Assembly: GCF_009914755.1 (NCBI RefSeq) | Contig: NC_060941.1 | Direction: 5' to 3' (one strand) | DNA: 64,000 nt | Source of the DNA: the human T2T-CHM13v2.0 reference genome, Homo sapiens | Shown: positions 56,148 to 64,000 of the stretch, in pieces | How the letters are laid out: every line of letters starts with the position of its first letter | Numbering within the stretch: position 1 is the stretch's first letter | Position numbers and translations under genes: made by a program | The notes under the pieces: model-generated | The model's database searches: none | What the model saw: the letters and a program-made list of their open reading frames with translations, nothing else | Told to the model about the DNA's origin: nothing

Positions 56148-56456
56148 ACCTCCTATGGGATTCTGGCTCATAGTGAGGCAATTGAGTTTTATAGGAGAAT
56201 CACTTGAACCAGTTGGTTTCCCCATTGCCAAGAAATATCACACTCACTCTACATAGCTGTTGAGCAGAGCTGGGACCAGTCTGGCCTGGAGTAGACACAC
56301 ACCGCCCCCCCCACCCCACACACACACACACACGGGTCCTGCTGTAACCCTGCATTCTTCAGCCTTAGGTGTGGAACCTCTCTCTAATACCTCTAAGAAG
56401 CTTGTAACTCCTTCAAAGTACTGCAGTGTCCCCCTATCTGCCTCACCACAAATTCA

Positions 56457-56857
<401 letters not shown>

Positions 56858-57176
56858 TCATACACTCAAGACTCAATGTTCTGGGAGAGATTGCCAGGTG
56901 GGTGATACCCATGGCACATGCCACCCCCCTCCTGCTACACTGGGGGGTGGGGGAGAGATGAAGAATACGGTTCTGTGGCTACTGGTGCCCCCTGAAGTAT
57001 GCACATTATAAGGGGCTCTCTAAAATACAAATCATGAATGTTTACTATAATATTCTTTGCCCATTTCTCCAATGGGTTGTTGTTGTTTTTTTCTTGTCAT
57101 TGTGTAGGGGTTCTTTATAGTCTGGATATTAATTAACTGTTATAAATATTGCAAATATTTCATCTAAGTCTATTGC

Positions 57177-57470
57177 TTTTTTTTTTTTTTTTTTTTAGAC
57201 AGGGTCTCACTCTGTTGCCCAGGCTGGAGTGCAGTGGTGCAATCACGGCTCACTGCAGCTTTGACATTTCTTGGCTCAGGTGATCCTCCCACCTCAGCCT
57301 CCAGAGTAGCTGGGACTACAAGCACACGCCACCACGCCCAACTAATTTTTGTATTTCTTGCAGAGACAGGGTTGTTGCCCAGGCTGGTCTCGAACTCCTG
57401 AGCTCAAGTGATCTCCCTGCCTCAGCCTCCCAAAGTACTAGGATTACAGGCGTGAGCCACTGCACCTGGC
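57177..57470 (-). mobile_element. Alu (AluJ-like)
   Basis: Reverse dimer. Confidence 0.9.
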
Positions 57471-58058
57471 CCCTCTTTTTTTTGTTTCTTACCATTTTTT
57501 TTCGTTGTTGAAGAAAGCATAAGTTGGCTGTAAAATCTTCCGCCTTCTGGATCTGACGGCATGCATGCCTGTGTGGATGTTCCCCTCCCACTGCATTTCC
57601 AATAAGCTGGTAGTTAGTGCTAACCAGATTCAGTTCAAGGTTCTCTGACAACAACGTCGCGCAGGCGGTGCTGTGGCGTCCCTACCGCATCACAATAGTA
57701 AGTACATAGTGTCCGCAAATGTACAAAAACTGACCTCCTCCTTCCTCATCTTTTTATTCTGATTTTCTTCTCAGGATCGACCTTCAGAACTACTGTGACA
57801 ATGAGTTCCTTCTCTTGATCCTGTGTTTAGTGGAAATATTTATCATCTCTCTCCATTAAGGGTGATGTCAGGTGTGGGAGTTGAGATGCACCTATGCGTT
57901 GCTCCTGCTGGACAGTGGTGAGGTGTGACTTGCTCCCATCCTCAGTTCCAGGCGCGCTCTCGGCCTCCATATGTTCAAGGCCCTTCCTTATTTTCATGTT
58001 TCCTCTTCATCCTCATTGCACCCTTGAATTCCCCTCCCTTCCTTAAGAACCCACTTGA

Positions 58059-58366
<308 letters not shown>

Positions 58367-58555
58367 TCCATTTGAATAGGTTTGATGTATGTCCTTGAAA
58401 ATAGCTGGATCCTGGAAAATTACAAAGTGGAGTTGTGTGCATAGGCTTTTGACATTAATCAATGTTGTCGTGTTCTAAACTGCATTCTGTTTTCTACTTC
58501 TCATTTAATGCTGATATTAGGTCTATTCATGTTGTTCTGTGTATATCTAGTCACT

Positions 58556-59597
<1,042 letters not shown>

Positions 59598-59901
59598 TGA
59601 TACTATGTATTCTTAATTCCAGTAAATATCTTGCAGAATGGCTATTCCAATTTATCCTCCCATCAGCAGCTTCTCCCACAACCTTGGCAGCAATTGACTT
59701 CCTCTTAATGTTTGTCAATTGGATGGGTGTAAACAGATGGCTCACTCGTGTTTGATTTCTCTAGTTAGTCACTAGTGATTGTAAACATGTCTTCATATGC
59801 ACATTAGAACCCCAGGCTTCCTCATCTGTGAACTGCTTGTTTATACCTGATGCCACTTTTCCAATAGGTTTCCTGTGTATTTCTTCATCTTGGTCTCCTT
59901 C

Positions 59902-60321
59902 TGTGTTGAATGTCTTCCATTTGTCCTTCCAGATCCACACTCTATCCTTCTCCATGTTGTTCTGTGGCCTGGGAGGCTGAGCTGTATGACTGCATCAAAT
60001 CGCTCCCTTGCCATCTGGCTTCCAGCCCTCTTCCAGGAAGAGAGGGAAGTGAGGATATTAACTCCCCGGCCCCTCCCTGTAGAGTGGCTGTGGGTTAGCT
60101 GCCCCCTGCAACTGAGTATCACAGCTCCTGTTGGGAGGCCCTCTCCCTGCGGTCCTGGAGGTGGTAACAGCTCCCCACTCTGGGATGCCTAGGTTCTTGC
60201 TCCATCTTGTGGCTTCCCTAAGCCTGTTCACACCTTTGCAGAGAGTCCCTATATTATGAAATCTTGCACTTACCCATTTTTGGGTGTGCCATCTGTTGCT
60301 TGCTGGGAGCCTACCTGATAC
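59902..60321 (+). mobile_element. ERVL LTR (LTR33-like)
   Basis: ccttccagatccacactctatccttctcc...gggaggctgagctgtatgactgcatc...tgtgccatctgttgcttgctgggagcctacctgataca. Confidence 0.65.
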
Positions 60322-60419
60322 ATTGCTGTTGAACTGAAATTTATCATTTTCATGCAATTTCACAAATTTTTTTTGGCTTTTTGGAATGTGCTTCGGAGGC
60401 CTTATTTAACAAGCTCTTC

Positions 60420-60793
<374 letters not shown>

Positions 60794-61182
60794 TTATATG
60801 TTTAGGTCTTCAATCTATCCAACATCCACCTTTGCCTGTGATGTTAGGTATGAATCCAGTTTTACTTATCTTCATAGAGTGAGCCAGTTTTCCCAATAAT
60901 GTCTTTCTTCTACCAATTTGAGATGTTACCTTTATTGTATATTAAGTTCCCATGTAGGCACAGTTCTGTCTCTCGGCTCTTTATTCTATAACATTGGTTT
61001 ATCCGTCTATTCTTGTATCATTACTGTGCTATTTTTATTACTATGGCTTTGTAATATATTTTAAAGTCTAATAAGGCTAGTTCCCCCTTCCTCCAATTTC
61101 TCCTTTTTTTCCCATATTGACTTTTATCTTGCCACATATATTTTTTTTAAAGTTGTTGCATTGCTTTTAAAAATCCAATTGA

Positions 61183-61472
61183 GGTCGGGCGCAGTGGCTC
61201 ACTCCTCTAATCCCAGCACTTTGGGAGTTTGAGGCAGGTGGATCACTTGAGGTCAGGAGTTCAAGACCAGTCTGGCCAACACGGTGAAACCCCATCTCTA
61301 CTAAAAATACAAAAATTAGCTGGACGTGGTGGCGGGCACCTGTACTCCCAGCTACTTGAGAGGCTGAGGCAGGAGAATCGCTTGAACCTGGAGGCGGAGG
61401 TTGCAGTGAGGTGAGATTACACCATTGTACTCCCACCTGGGTGACAGAGGGAGAATCCATCTCAAAAAGAAA
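61183..61472 (+). mobile_element. Alu
   Basis: Dimer; TSD-like aaaatc(c)aattga. Confidence 0.9.
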
Positions 61473-61817
61473 ATCAATTGAAATTTTATTTTTATTGCGT
61501 TGAATGTATATGTTAATTTGGAAAGAATTTAAGTTTCTTCTTGTATGTTCTTCATGTGTTATTGTGGTGATAGACTAATACACCTGCCGAAGCCTCTTAT
61601 TAGGTCGAATTGTTTGTTTGTTTGTTGATGGTGTTGATTTTCTGTATAGGTGAGCATATTGTTTTATCTCTTCCTTTCCAATTCTTACAACTTTTAATGT
61701 CTTTTTCTGTCTTGTGCAGTTTGGCTACCATGCCCAGGATGATGCTGAACAGCAATAATAGCACTATAACGGAGGCTTCTAATTACCCCTAATACCAATT
61801 ATCCCCTTCTTGCTACA

Positions 61818-62720
<903 letters not shown>

Positions 62721-63177
62721 TTAGCAAGAATGTGGCCTCATGGAATAAAGTTCATTTCTCAGCCCCATTTGCAGCTATCTGTGGCCCTGGGACTAATTCT
62801 GATCAAAGAGATATAAAGTGAAGTGATGGAAGTGTCTGCATAGACAGAGAGAGAATGCGCCATTCTCCTTCCCTTTTCCCCTTTCTCTTGTCCGGAATGT
62901 GTCATAACAGGAGGGGCAGACATCTTGGAACATGTGATGGAAGCCACAGATTGAAACGATGGAGCAACAACGTAGAAACAGCTAGAGTCCAGAAAGATTT
63001 CATCATAAATCAGAGCTGAACTTTTGCTGAGTGTTTTTTCTGCATTGTGTAATTGTTTTCTTTTGTACACATTTAATCTATTTTTCTGTACTCTCTAAAT
63101 CTATTATATTAACAGATTTTTCTTATGTTAAATCATCTTTGAATTCTTGGCATCTATACTACTTGAACATGTTACCT

Positions 63178-63508
<331 letters not shown>

Positions 63509-63569
63509 ATGTTATCTTTTTTAATGCTGCATTTGATTTGATAGGCTAATATCTGATAAAAGAATTTTA

Positions 63570-63792
63570 GGCCGGGCATGGTGTCTCGTGCCTGTAATCC
63601 CAATACTTGAGGGCGGATCCAAGCAGGCGGATCACTTGAGGCCAGGAGTTCGAGACCAGCTTGGCCAACATGGCAAAACCCCATCTCTACTAAAAACACA
63701 AAAATTGGCTGAGCATGGTGGCTCATGCCTGCATTCCCAGCACTTTGGGAGGCCGAGGCGGGTGGATCATAAGGTCAGGAGTTCAAGACCAG
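63570..63792 (+). mobile_element. Alu left arm(s), interrupted by an LTR
   Basis: Two successive left-arm starts; sequence breaks off at gaccag|tgtaggg. Confidence 0.8.
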
Positions 63793-64000
63793 TGTAGGGA
63801 GACCCCCTAAAACTATTGCTATGGAATAAAGATGAAATGCTCCTAATTATTGTAAATACAAAATTGCATGCAGAATTGTGTAAAGACAATGCCAGGTTGG
63901 GCTGCCAGAATGAGCCAACAGCGCATGATGTGCTTCCCCCTGCAGAAAGCCTATAAACGGACATGCAGTCAGGGAGGTTTCATATCTCCCAGATTCCTAT
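63793..64000 (+). mobile_element. LTR3-type LTR (HERV-K HML-6 group), runs off the window
   Basis: tgtagggagaccccctaaaactattgctatggaataaagatgaaatgctcc. Confidence 0.75.

Overview
Human genomic DNA. The ASGR2 protein sequence places it at the ASGR2/ASGR1 C-type lectin locus (17p13.1, from established knowledge). Bases 1-9.75 kb hold the 5' two-thirds of ASGR2 (asialoglycoprotein receptor H2 subunit) on the minus strand: six coding exons, verified by splice sites and phase, encode residues 1 to ...SWEEQ, and the last carbohydrate-recognition-domain (CRD) exons lie beyond the left edge. A probable non-coding exon 1 and an HNF4+FOXA promoter module lie upstream. The remaining ~54 kb is intergenic and dominated by transposons: roughly 60-65 Alu copies or fragments, L1/L2/MIR fossils, a young 5'-truncated L1PA, many LTRs (MLT1, MLT2A, THE1, LTR13, LTR5B-like, LTR3, LTR7, LTR8, LTR9-like, MER4, MER41, MER52-like, LTR16, LTR33), a deleted ERVL gag-integrase-dUTPase fossil, DNA transposons, and an RPL7A processed pseudogene split by a nested LTR8 > Alu > LTR7 stack. 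I found no convincing previously undescribed biological system; nearly all supplied ORFs are Alu, simple-repeat or antisense artefacts. Best second-look items: both ASGR2 insert isoforms need non-canonical GC donors downstream of GT donors; all intronic UG tracts share one orientation; the four-layer nested insertion; and candidate LTR-derived regulatory motifs. Repeat subfamily names come from recall of consensus sequences and need RepeatMasker/Dfam confirmation. Alu boundaries are approximate (about 10 bp).
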